IMG/VR virus record: IMGVR_UViG_3300045180_000051
DNA: 64,000 bases
Strand: one strand, 5' to 3'
Source of the DNA: an uncultured virus (IMG/VR IMGVR_UViG_3300045180_000051)
Taxonomy: Duplodnaviria; Heunggongvirae; Uroviricota; Caudoviricetes
This document shows, one piece after another, positions 19,234-26,816 of the stretch. The translations under genes were made by a program, and so were the position numbers. The stretch's first letter is position 1. Every line of letters starts with the position of its first letter. The notes under the pieces are model-generated. The model did no database searches, was not told the DNA's origin, and worked only from the letters and a program-made list of their open reading frames with translations.

Positions 19234-20169
19234 GTGGCCCCACTCCCCAAACCTCAATCGACAACCGTCGGCGCGATCTATGCTGCTTACGAGGCCCAGG
19301 AGAAATCCTGGGACTCATGGGGCATCAGCGTGGGCGAGGCGGGCACCGAATGCGACAGGGCACTTTGGTATGGCTTCAGGTGGGCATCAGCTCAAGAAGT
19401 CCATAGCGGACGCCAGCTGCGCTTGTTTGAAACGGGTAATATCGAAGAAGATCGGCTCGTTGCTGATCTCGAGCGCATCGGCGTCGACGTATACGGGCAG
19501 CAAGACAAGATCCGGCTTGTATCTGGCTTTGTGCGCGGCAAGTGCGACGGCAAGGCAATGAATGTGCCGGAGGCGTCGAAGACAGAACACCTGTTAGAGT
19601 TTAAATCAAGCAATGCCAAGGGCTTCGCGCTGATTGTTAAGGACGGCTGTCAGAAAGCAAAGCCGTTGCACTATGCGCAGTGCCAGCTTGGAATGCATGC
19701 CTTCGGTTTGAGCCGCTGCCTTTATCTCGTCTCATGCAAGGACAGTGACAGCCTTTATTCAGAGCGCATCGAATACGATCTTGAATTCTGCCTGCGCCTA
19801 GTTGCGCGCTGCGAACGCATCGTGTTTTCGGACATGCCGCCGAGCAGAATTAGCGAAAACCCGGAGTTCTTTGGGTGCACGTTTTGCAAGCACAAGGCCG
19901 TCTGTCATCACGATGCACAGCCGCGTGTGAACTGCCGCACATGCCTTCATGCTCAGCCTGAAAGCGGCGGCGATTGCCATATTTCATGCGCGCGATGGGC
20001 AAAGCCATTATCGATCGACGAACAGCGCGACGGGTGCCCTGCTCATTTGTATCTGCCGGGCATGGTGCATGGCGAACAGATCGATGTCGACGAGGAGGCG
20101 GAGACGATCACTTATCGCATGAAGTCGGGAGAGGTTTGGGTGGATGGAATTAGTAGGAAGGTGGAATGA
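19234..20169 (+). CDS. Cas4-like PD-(D/E)xK exonuclease
   Basis: ECDRALWY, GKCDG, LLEFKS, HYAQCQ, CxxC clusters. Confidence 0.85.
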   Translation: MAPLPKPQSTTVGAIYAAYEAQEKSWDSWGISVGEAGTECDRALWYGFRWASAQEVHSGRQLRLFETGNIEEDRLVADLERIGVDVYGQQDKIRLVSGFVRGKCDGKAMNVPEASKTEHLLEFKSSNAKGFALIVKDGCQKAKPLHYAQCQLGMHAFGLSRCLYLVSCKDSDSLYSERIEYDLEFCLRLVARCERIVFSDMPPSRISENPEFFGCTFCKHKAVCHHDAQPRVNCRTCLHAQPESGGDCHISCARWAKPLSIDEQRDGCPAHLYLPGMVHGEQIDVDEEAETITYRMKSGEVWVDGISRKVE

Positions 20170-20695
20170 CATGCATCCGGGCGTAAGAGAACGAGTGGGC
20201 TTTATCGCCCTCGAAGCTCCATATACAGCCAAAATACAAATAGAAAGGAGTTCTGTCTTCCTTCCATCTTGCTCTAAATTTTAAGATCGCTTGATCCGGG
20301 TCGGAGTTAGCACCGCAACCTCTAAGCCGATGCGGTATATCAAAAATGTATGATGCATCTCCGGTATCTGCTCTTCTGATTATATCATCCAATAGCGATA
20401 CGGTTTCTTTGTGATGCTTAAGAACTTCAACATCACCTTTATATTCTAGCCATATTTTATGGACCAGGAGAGGTTTCCTATTGTGGTTTACAATTTCGAA
20501 CCTCACGCGAGCAGCGTATTCGCCCGTTTTATAATCGTCTTGATAGGCACTGAAGCTTGCAGAAACGTTTCCTAGGACAGCGTCAGCCTGCCTTTTCGCA
20601 TGCTTCGAAGAAACGAACGCGAATCCTGCCGCTATGGCAGCTACTACTGCAGACACAACGGAAATGTAATCATTAGGCTTGAGGTCAAAATCCAC
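20150..20695 (-). CDS. Opposite-strand accessory protein with N-terminal TM helix (moron)
   Basis: AT-richer insert between nuclease and helicase genes. Confidence 0.65.
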   Translation of the reverse strand: MDFDLKPNDYISVVSAVVAAIAAGFAFVSSKHAKRQADAVLGNVSASFSAYQDDYKTGEYAARVRFEIVNHNRKPLLVHKIWLEYKGDVEVLKHHKETVSLLDDIIRRADTGDASYIFDIPHRLRGCGANSDPDQAILKFRARWKEDRTPFYLYFGCIWSFEGDKAHSFSYARMHVIPPSY

Positions 20696-20696
20696 A

Positions 20697-22454
20697 ATGC
20701 TAACCTTACGAAACTACCAGTCAGAAGCAATAGACGCCGTTTTCGACTATTGGCAAGAGGAGGCGGGCAATCCGCTTGTTGATCTTGCGACCGGCTGCGG
20801 CAAGTCGTTGGTCATGGCGTCTCTGATCCAGCGCCTTGTTGAAGGCTGGCCTGATATGCGCGTGATGGTCGTTACGCACGTCGCGGAACTGATCGAACAG
20901 AATTATCTAGAATTGCTTGGCGTCTGGCCGTTTGCACCTGCAGGCATCTATTCGGCTGGTCTGGGGCGTCGTGATGCGCGCAGTCAGATTGTGTTTGCTG
21001 GCATTCAGACGGTTCACAACAAGGCGAAGCAAATCGGACACATTGACGTCCTGATGGTCGACGAGTGCCACCTGATCCCGATCAACAGCAACACGATGTA
21101 TCGCAAGTTCATTGATGCTCTGCTCGAGATAAACCCGGACATGAAGATTCTCGGACTGACTGCCACACCGTATCGGCTGGACACCGGTCGCTTGGATGAG
21201 GGCGCAGATCGCCTGTTTGACCAGATCGTCTACACATACGGCGTTGCTGACGGAATCCGTGACGGCTTCCTTGCTCCGCTAACGAGCAAGCCGACGGCAA
21301 CAGAATATGACGTAAACGGCGTCGGACGGCTCGGAGGAGATTACAAACAGCGCGCGTTAGAAGAGGTGATCAATCGAACCGACCTCAATGACGCAGTAGT
21401 TTCTGAGATTATCGCGAAAGGCAATGATCGTCGCTCCTGGCTTTGTTTCTGCGCCGGCGTAAAGGCTGCGCTGGACGTGCGCGACGTATTCAGATCTCGC
21501 GGCATTACGTGCGAGGCTGTCACGGGGGATACTCCGAAGGAAGAACGCCGCCGCATCCTTGAGGACTTCAAAGCCTACCGCATCCAGTGCGTGACGAACA
21601 ATTCAGTTCTTACAACAGGATTCAATCATAAGGGCGTTGATTTAATTGCATTTATGCGCCCAACTTTGTCTTTGAGTTTGTATGTCCAAATGGCTGGCCG
21701 CGGCACTCGTCCGCTCTACAAGCCAGGCGCACCACTGGATACGGTTGAGGATCGGCTTGCTGCTATCTCGGCAGGCCCTAAACGTAATTGCCTCGTCCTG
21801 GATTTCGCGAAACTCGTCGATCGGCATGGTCCTGTCGACATGGTCGAGCCGAAAGCACCGAGTGCTGGTAATGGGGAGCCGCCAATCAAGATCTGCCCAA
21901 CCGTACCTGACGACAGCGGGGCGGTCGGTTGCGGTGAGAAGGTGCACATCTCGCTGATGAAGTGCCCGTGCTGCGGATATGACTTCCCGCCGAATGAGGA
22001 CGAAAAGCTAACCCGACAAGCCGCCGACGTTCCGATTGTCAGCACCGCCGAGGCTGAATGGCGCAAGGTGACAGGGCGGACGTTTCATTTCCACGAAGGC
22101 AAGGGCGACAAACCGCCGTCGGTTAAATGCAGTTACATCGCGGGCTATACGCAGATCAATGAATGGCTATGCCCGCAGCACAGTGGATTCGCACAAACCA
22201 AAGCGCATCGATGGTGGACGCAGCACGGAGGTCAGCGGCCGTTTCCAAAGACGGTCATGGAATGGCTTGAACGACAGCGTGAGTTGCTTACCACCGACGA
22301 AATCAGTGTCGTTCCGAACGGCAAGTACTGGAATGTGAAAGACGTACGTCCTGGCCTTAGTCTCGAGGCCGATAACGACAATTCGCCGGAGCCTGCGAAC
22401 GACAATGTTTCGGTAGGTCTTTCGGAGATGCTGGACGACGAGATTCCTTTCTGA
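20697..22454 (+). CDS. SF2 DEAD/DEAH-box helicase (RadD/YejH-like) with Zn finger
   Basis: LRNYQ Q motif, ATGCGKS, DECH, TATP, QMAGRGTR; ends DDEIPF. Confidence 0.9.
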   Translation: MLTLRNYQSEAIDAVFDYWQEEAGNPLVDLATGCGKSLVMASLIQRLVEGWPDMRVMVVTHVAELIEQNYLELLGVWPFAPAGIYSAGLGRRDARSQIVFAGIQTVHNKAKQIGHIDVLMVDECHLIPINSNTMYRKFIDALLEINPDMKILGLTATPYRLDTGRLDEGADRLFDQIVYTYGVADGIRDGFLAPLTSKPTATEYDVNGVGRLGGDYKQRALEEVINRTDLNDAVVSEIIAKGNDRRSWLCFCAGVKAALDVRDVFRSRGITCEAVTGDTPKEERRRILEDFKAYRIQCVTNNSVLTTGFNHKGVDLIAFMRPTLSLSLYVQMAGRGTRPLYKPGAPLDTVEDRLAAISAGPKRNCLVLDFAKLVDRHGPVDMVEPKAPSAGNGEPPIKICPTVPDDSGAVGCGEKVHISLMKCPCCGYDFPPNEDEKLTRQAADVPIVSTAEAEWRKVTGRTFHFHEGKGDKPPSVKCSYIAGYTQINEWLCPQHSGFAQTKAHRWWTQHGGQRPFPKTVMEWLERQRELLTTDEISVVPNGKYWNVKDVRPGLSLEADNDNSPEPANDNVSVGLSEMLDDEIPF

Positions 22455-22464
22455 AGCAAGCCCC

Positions 22465-22592
22465 AAAAACAAGAACGCCCGCTGCACTGGGAGGAGGAGT
22501 GTGCAACGGGCTGATCTGGAAAGCGCGGCTATTGGGAGGAGGAGTGCCACGCTTCGAGTTCAGCCTCTGGGAGGAGGAGTGAGACTGAACAA
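22465..22592 (-). ncRNA. Cuckoo/ar14-family-like sRNA with three CCUCCUCCC hairpins
   Basis: TGGGAGGAGGAGTG at 22488, 22533 and 22568, each inside an inverted repeat; 3' U-run; TTGTAA-N17-TATCTT upstream on the minus strand. Confidence 0.8.
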
Positions 22593-22668
22593 CCTGAAGA
22601 TAGGTAGCTGGTATGATGATTACAATGGGCGATGGTGCACATCAGTTATGCAGCATATGCATGGCCAT

Positions 22669-23071
22669 AAAAACGGAAAACCGCCCGGCAGCGCCGAAGC
22701 GCGCGCAGGCGGTCTTATCCTCCCAGACGAGGACCGTTTAGCAGTATTAGTTTAGTAAAGCAACAAGTACCGATAAGTACATAATCCCACAAAGTTAGTG
22801 GTATTTGATTTCTTCTTATGAGTACATGGGTGGCCCAGCGTTCTTATTCAGAAAAGGCCCGTATCGCGCTTGGGCGGGGGGCTTGGGTCGCGCGATACGG
22901 GTGCCGTCCTGCGAACAGGATGCCGACATTAAATAGGTACGAGCGCTGAATTCGGAAATGACAGTTTGTTGCAGTTGCAAATTGTTAGTGCAGCAACCAA
23001 AAAAAGTCGCCCTGCAGCGCGAGCTGTCAGAGCGACTGCGTACGACGCCCCCACCCGGAAGCCGATACGCA
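22669..23071 (-). ncRNA. Three further putative hairpin sRNAs (22669-22740, 22852-22925, 22999-23071)
   Basis: GC-rich hairpins ending in U-runs on the minus strand, separated by AT-rich promoter-like spacers; no credible ORF. Confidence 0.55.
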
Positions 23072-23199
23072 ATTCAAACGTAACATCAAAGGCATGCAAG
23101 TAAAAGTTACATTTACTTTAGATTCCTGTTGCGTCGAATGACGACCCCACCACAATGAGCATTACCCGGCCTTACCAGCCAACCACACGAGGAGCAGAA

Positions 23200-23964
23200 A
23201 TGAAAAATCCAGACACAGAAACATACGATCCGTACAACGCCAGAACCACGACGCAGGCAGGACACAACAACCCGCCGACCTCCGCATATGAGACGATCAA
23301 GCAAGAAATCGAAGACCTGTATGGAGAAGCCAAACTGTTTGCTGACGGCGAAGCGATCGACAATCAGGCTCTCGCTGATGCCGTGACGGAACTGCACGAC
23401 AAGTTGAATGATGCTGGCAACCGTGCCGATACCGCTCGCAAGACCGAAGCCAAGCCGCACGATGATGCCAAAGCTGAAATCCAGGCGCGTTACAATAAGC
23501 TGATTGGCAACACTAAAACGTCAGGCAAGGGCAAGGTCGTGCTCGGCAAGGAAGTGTTGCAGGGGCTCCTGACACCATGGCGCAATAAGGTTGCCGCTGA
23601 AAAGGAAGCTGCTGCCAAGGCAGCGCGTGAAGAAGCCGACCGCGTAATTCGCGAGGCGCAGGAAGCTATACAAGCGAGCGCTGGCAATCTGGAAGCGCGC
23701 GAGCAGGCCGAGGAACTGGTCAAGGAAGCGAAACAAGCTGACCGTTGGGCGAAGCGCGAAGACAAGGCAGCAACGTCTGGCACTGGCCTTCGCTCGGTAT
23801 GGCATTGCGATCTAATTGACGAAGGTGTGGCTTTGGGTTGGGCATATGGCCGTGCGCCGGAGCGATTCAAAGCTGTTGTGCAGGCAATGGCCGAGGAAAC
23901 CGTACGCGCCGGTATGCGTCAGGTGCCGGGTTTCAATGTGCGTGAGGAAAGGGTGGCGCGGTGA
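23200..23964 (+). CDS. Conserved phage coiled-coil protein
   Basis: ACACGAGGAG RBS; GHNNPP, GLRSVW, VPGF motifs. Confidence 0.75.
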   Translation: MKNPDTETYDPYNARTTTQAGHNNPPTSAYETIKQEIEDLYGEAKLFADGEAIDNQALADAVTELHDKLNDAGNRADTARKTEAKPHDDAKAEIQARYNKLIGNTKTSGKGKVVLGKEVLQGLLTPWRNKVAAEKEAAAKAAREEADRVIREAQEAIQASAGNLEAREQAEELVKEAKQADRWAKREDKAATSGTGLRSVWHCDLIDEGVALGWAYGRAPERFKAVVQAMAEETVRAGMRQVPGFNVREERVAR

Positions 23965-24146
23965 TGGCGAAGCTAGATCCTGCTAATTATGTGCCGCGCA
24001 TAAAAAGCTTGCGCGAGCAGGGGGTGGGGCTGGATGAGGCAAGGAAGCAGGTAGACCGTGAGTACCTGCTGAACGCGATCGATAACGCGTCCAACTTCTA
24101 TGAACTGCGTGGTGTAATGCGCGCCTGCATGGAGAAGGTGCTGTGA
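23961..24146 (+). CDS. Hypothetical protein
   Basis: Coupled ORF. Confidence 0.55.
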   Translation: MMAKLDPANYVPRIKSLREQGVGLDEARKQVDREYLLNAIDNASNFYELRGVMRACMEKVL

Positions 24147-24343
24147 GCAACTACGGCGACCAATTCATGAAATGCCCCGAATGCGGAGGCAGGTCAGAAG
24201 CGGGATGCGTTGACGTAGGCGTCGGCCTGTACATTCGCGACGAATATATCTGCGATTGCGGTTATAATTCTGCCGCAGATGGACGGATGAATGTGGGAGA
24301 TTACGACGACTGGTTTCCCGAGCTATCCGGCAATATCATATAG
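24143..24343 (+). CDS. Small Zn-ribbon protein
   Basis: CPECG...CDCG. Confidence 0.55.
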   Translation: MSNYGDQFMKCPECGGRSEAGCVDVGVGLYIRDEYICDCGYNSAADGRMNVGDYDDWFPELSGNII

Positions 24344-24535
24344 CAGTCGAAGGCGGTCTTTTGCGGCTATAACGTTAGAGCTGACTTCATTGCTAAGGGC
24401 GTTATTGGTGAAAGTTGCATCCCACTTGCCTTCTCCTAAGGGGAAGACACGTATCGTTGTCCAATCCCCCATAGGATCAACGGCTTCTTGAATCATCCGG
24501 CTTAATTCATCAGCTGTCTTACATTGCGTAGTCAT
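24323..24535 (-). CDS. Small opposite-strand accessory protein
   Basis: GGGAGG RBS before MTTQCK. Confidence 0.55.
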   Translation of the reverse strand: MTTQCKTADELSRMIQEAVDPMGDWTTIRVFPLGEGKWDATFTNNALSNEVSSNVIAAKDRLRLLYDIAG

Positions 24536-24619
24536 TAGGTTTGCCTCCCCTTTGGGCAACTCTATCACACACCCCGCCAGCCACCAACTGGCGGGTTACC
24601 ACACACGAGGAGAGAATGA

Positions 24620-25195
24620 ATGCATGCACCGCTACCCAGCGGGCCTTTCGGCTGCGTCCTTGCGGACCCGCCATGGTCTTTCAGAACATACGGAAAAAAA
24701 GACGTTGCACCGGCACGAGGCCGTCAGCCTTACGGCGTGATGTCACTTGACGATATCAAAGCGCTGCCTGTCGAACAGGTATGCGCTCGCGACTGTTTGT
24801 TGTTCATGTGGACGGTTTCACATTTGCAGGCTGCTGCATTCGATGTGGCAGCTGCATGGGGATTCAAACCTGTCAGCGTTGCTTTTGTCTGGGACAAAGG
24901 CCGCATGGGTATGGGTTACTGGACACGGCAGGAAGTTGAGATCTGTCATCTTTTCAAACGCGGTAAGCCTCGCCGTCTATCGAAAGGTGTGCGCTCACTG
25001 ATCAAGGCTCCGCGCCGCGAGCATTCCCGCAAGCCGGATGAGCAATACGGACGCATCGAGAAGCTGGTCGATGGTCCTTATCTCGAGCTCTTCGCCCGGC
25101 AAGCGTGGCCGGGCTGGTCTTCATGGGGCAACGAGTCTGAGAAGTATGTGGCTGCCAACGATAATCAAGATTTGCAGGGGAGGATGGCAGTATGA
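24620..25195 (+). CDS. MT-A70 family N6-adenine methyltransferase
   Basis: LADPPW, GMGYWTR, HSRKP, LELFAR, WGNE. Confidence 0.9.
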   Translation: MHAPLPSGPFGCVLADPPWSFRTYGKKDVAPARGRQPYGVMSLDDIKALPVEQVCARDCLLFMWTVSHLQAAAFDVAAAWGFKPVSVAFVWDKGRMGMGYWTRQEVEICHLFKRGKPRRLSKGVRSLIKAPRREHSRKPDEQYGRIEKLVDGPYLELFARQAWPGWSSWGNESEKYVAANDNQDLQGRMAV

Positions 25196-25509
25196 GCCAT
25201 CCAGATCAATGCCAAGTCTGCTTCCGTCACGCCGTTGGTCTCGGCGTGCAGGAACACAAAGAGCCGATCCGATGGCTATGCAAGGAATGCGCTGACATAG
25301 CCGAGCATATCCGTTCCCGCCGCAGACTCGATCCTTACGAACTACGCGCACTTGATACCGGCGTTGAGGCGGTCGGGGCTTTCCTATCAAGCATCAACAA
25401 AACCGACCTTGCTGAGTGCGACGAGCTGGAAGCACGCATGCTGGTGAAAGCCGCATGGGAGGGCTGCGGGCGAGGGATGCGGGAAGCTCTTAAAGAAGCT
25501 CCATTTTAG
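25192..25509 (+). CDS. Hypothetical Zn-finger protein
   Basis: CQVC...CKEC; ends EAPF. Confidence 0.65.
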   Translation: MSHPDQCQVCFRHAVGLGVQEHKEPIRWLCKECADIAEHIRSRRRLDPYELRALDTGVEAVGAFLSSINKTDLAECDELEARMLVKAAWEGCGRGMREALKEAPF

Positions 25510-25522
25510 GAAAGGCGCCGTT

Positions 25523-26638
25523 TTGACCGCCTACTATAACGAATTCGATCCGAAAGCTGCCGCTTGGCTGCGGGAGCTAATCAAGGCAGGACACATAGCA
25601 CCGGGAGATGTTGATGAGCGTTCAATTGTCGATATTCGACCTGCCGACCTCGTCGGATACACACAATGCCACTTCTTTGCCGGCGTCGGCGTCTGGTCCT
25701 ACGCATTGCGTCGAGCTGGATGGTCCGACGAACGTCCTGTCTGGACAGGTTCTTGTCCCTGCCAACCTTTCAGCGCGGCAGGCAAAGGAGATGGGTTTGA
25801 TGACGAGCGGCACCTATGGCCGCACTTCCACTGGCTTATTCAAAACTGCCGACCTGCAGTCGTCTTTGGCGAGCAGGTTGCGAGCAAGGACGGACTTGGC
25901 TGGCTCGACCTTGTACAAGCTGACTTGGAAGGATCGGGCTACGCCAGCGGGGCGGTCGATACCAGCGCTGCGGGCTTCGGTGCGCCGCACATCCGACAGC
26001 GACTCTACTGGGTTGCTGAGCGGGTACCCAACTCCAACGAAATCGAACGGGGACGGCGGGCAGATTGCGAAAGATTGCAGCCCGACAGGCCGACGTTCGG
26101 ACGGATCAAAGGCGACCGTTTCATTGAACCAGATTTGCCAGTTAACGGGCTGGTCGACGGCATCCGCTCGGGACTGGAAGGACACGGGGGCGGACCTGAA
26201 GCCGAGGTCGGACGGAACGGAGAGGTTCGACCAGTTACCGAGGCAAGCGAATTTGGCGGGCTGGCCGACAACGAGGGCTTCGGACGGAGAGAACAATGCT
26301 GGATCTCTCCGCGGGGCCGAGAACGAAGCCAACCGCAAGGGGTGGAACAACGATCTGGGAGTGGCGGTATTTTCCGCAGTCCGGAACGAACCGGCCCGAC
26401 TAACGGCCTCTGGTCAGATGCTGACTGGCTCCACTGCCGGGATGGAAAGTGGCGGCCAGTTGAACCCGGCACATTCCCGCTGGCTCATGGGGCTGCCGCC
26501 CGAGTGGGACGATTGCGCGGTTACGGCAATGCAATCGTTGCGCCCGCCGCGCAAGCCTTCATCGAAGCGTATCGCGAAACCGAATTAGTTGCAGCCAACG
26601 ACAATCACTGCAGCAATACGCTGTGGCCCTCCGCATAG
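25523..26638 (+). CDS. DNA cytosine-C5 methyltransferase, alpha-type polypeptide (motifs I-VIII and X)
   Basis: FFAGVG, GSCPCQPFS, GEQV, APHIRQRLYW, RLRGYGNAIV. Confidence 0.9.
   Translation: MTAYYNEFDPKAAAWLRELIKAGHIAPGDVDERSIVDIRPADLVGYTQCHFFAGVGVWSYALRRAGWSDERPVWTGSCPCQPFSAAGKGDGFDDERHLWPHFHWLIQNCRPAVVFGEQVASKDGLGWLDLVQADLEGSGYASGAVDTSAAGFGAPHIRQRLYWVAERVPNSNEIERGRRADCERLQPDRPTFGRIKGDRFIEPDLPVNGLVDGIRSGLEGHGGGPEAEVGRNGEVRPVTEASEFGGLADNEGFGRREQCWISPRGRERSQPQGVEQRSGSGGIFRSPERTGPTNGLWSDADWLHCRDGKWRPVEPGTFPLAHGAAARVGRLRGYGNAIVAPAAQAFIEAYRETELVAANDNHCSNTLWPSA
25614..26588 (+). CDS. Nested alternative-frame polypeptide, probable C5 MTase beta subunit (TRD-like repeats plus motif IX)
   Basis: ~324-codon open +1 frame, GGGAG RBS 6 nt upstream, (Y/W)(P/S)T modules, LNPAHSRWLMGLPPEW. 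Confidence 0.65.
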   Translation: MSVQLSIFDLPTSSDTHNATSLPASASGPTHCVELDGPTNVLSGQVLVPANLSARQAKEMGLMTSGTYGRTSTGLFKTADLQSSLASRLRARTDLAGSTLYKLTWKDRATPAGRSIPALRASVRRTSDSDSTGLLSGYPTPTKSNGDGGQIAKDCSPTGRRSDGSKATVSLNQICQLTGWSTASARDWKDTGADLKPRSDGTERFDQLPRQANLAGWPTTRASDGENNAGSLRGAENEANRKGWNNDLGVAVFSAVRNEPARLTASGQMLTGSTAGMESGGQLNPAHSRWLMGLPPEWDDCAVTAMQSLRPPRKPSSKRIAKPN

Positions 26639-26814
26639 AGATGGTTGAGTAGGCCAGCGGTGTAGTTGGCCTGCCACTGCTCAAACCCGGTTTGAACGTT
26701 ACCGCCTAGCTCGGCTACTTGTTCCGTCACTTTATCAATAACGGCCCAGGTTCCGTCTGGCATTTCTCGAATGCTGTATCTGGCTTCGTTCATTGGTTTT
26801 CTCCAAGGAAACAA
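26605..26814 (-). CDS. Small opposite-strand protein (RYSIREMPDGTWAVID); start probably MNEARY ~26793
   Basis: GGAG RBS; similar to 5273..5467. Confidence 0.6.
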   Translation of the reverse strand: MFPWRKPMNEARYSIREMPDGTWAVIDKVTEQVAELGGNVQTGFEQWQANYTAGLLNHLYAEGHSVLLQ

Positions 26815-26816
26815 AC

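Noticed and set aside
19234..20169. Cas4 as evidence of CRISPR-Cas
   Set aside because: Solo Cas4-like nucleases are ordinary in phage recombination modules; no cas1/cas2
22501..22755. 84-aa plus-strand ORF over the GGGAGGAGGAG repeats
   Set aside because: Better explained as the antisense of a cuckoo-type RNA; no protein features
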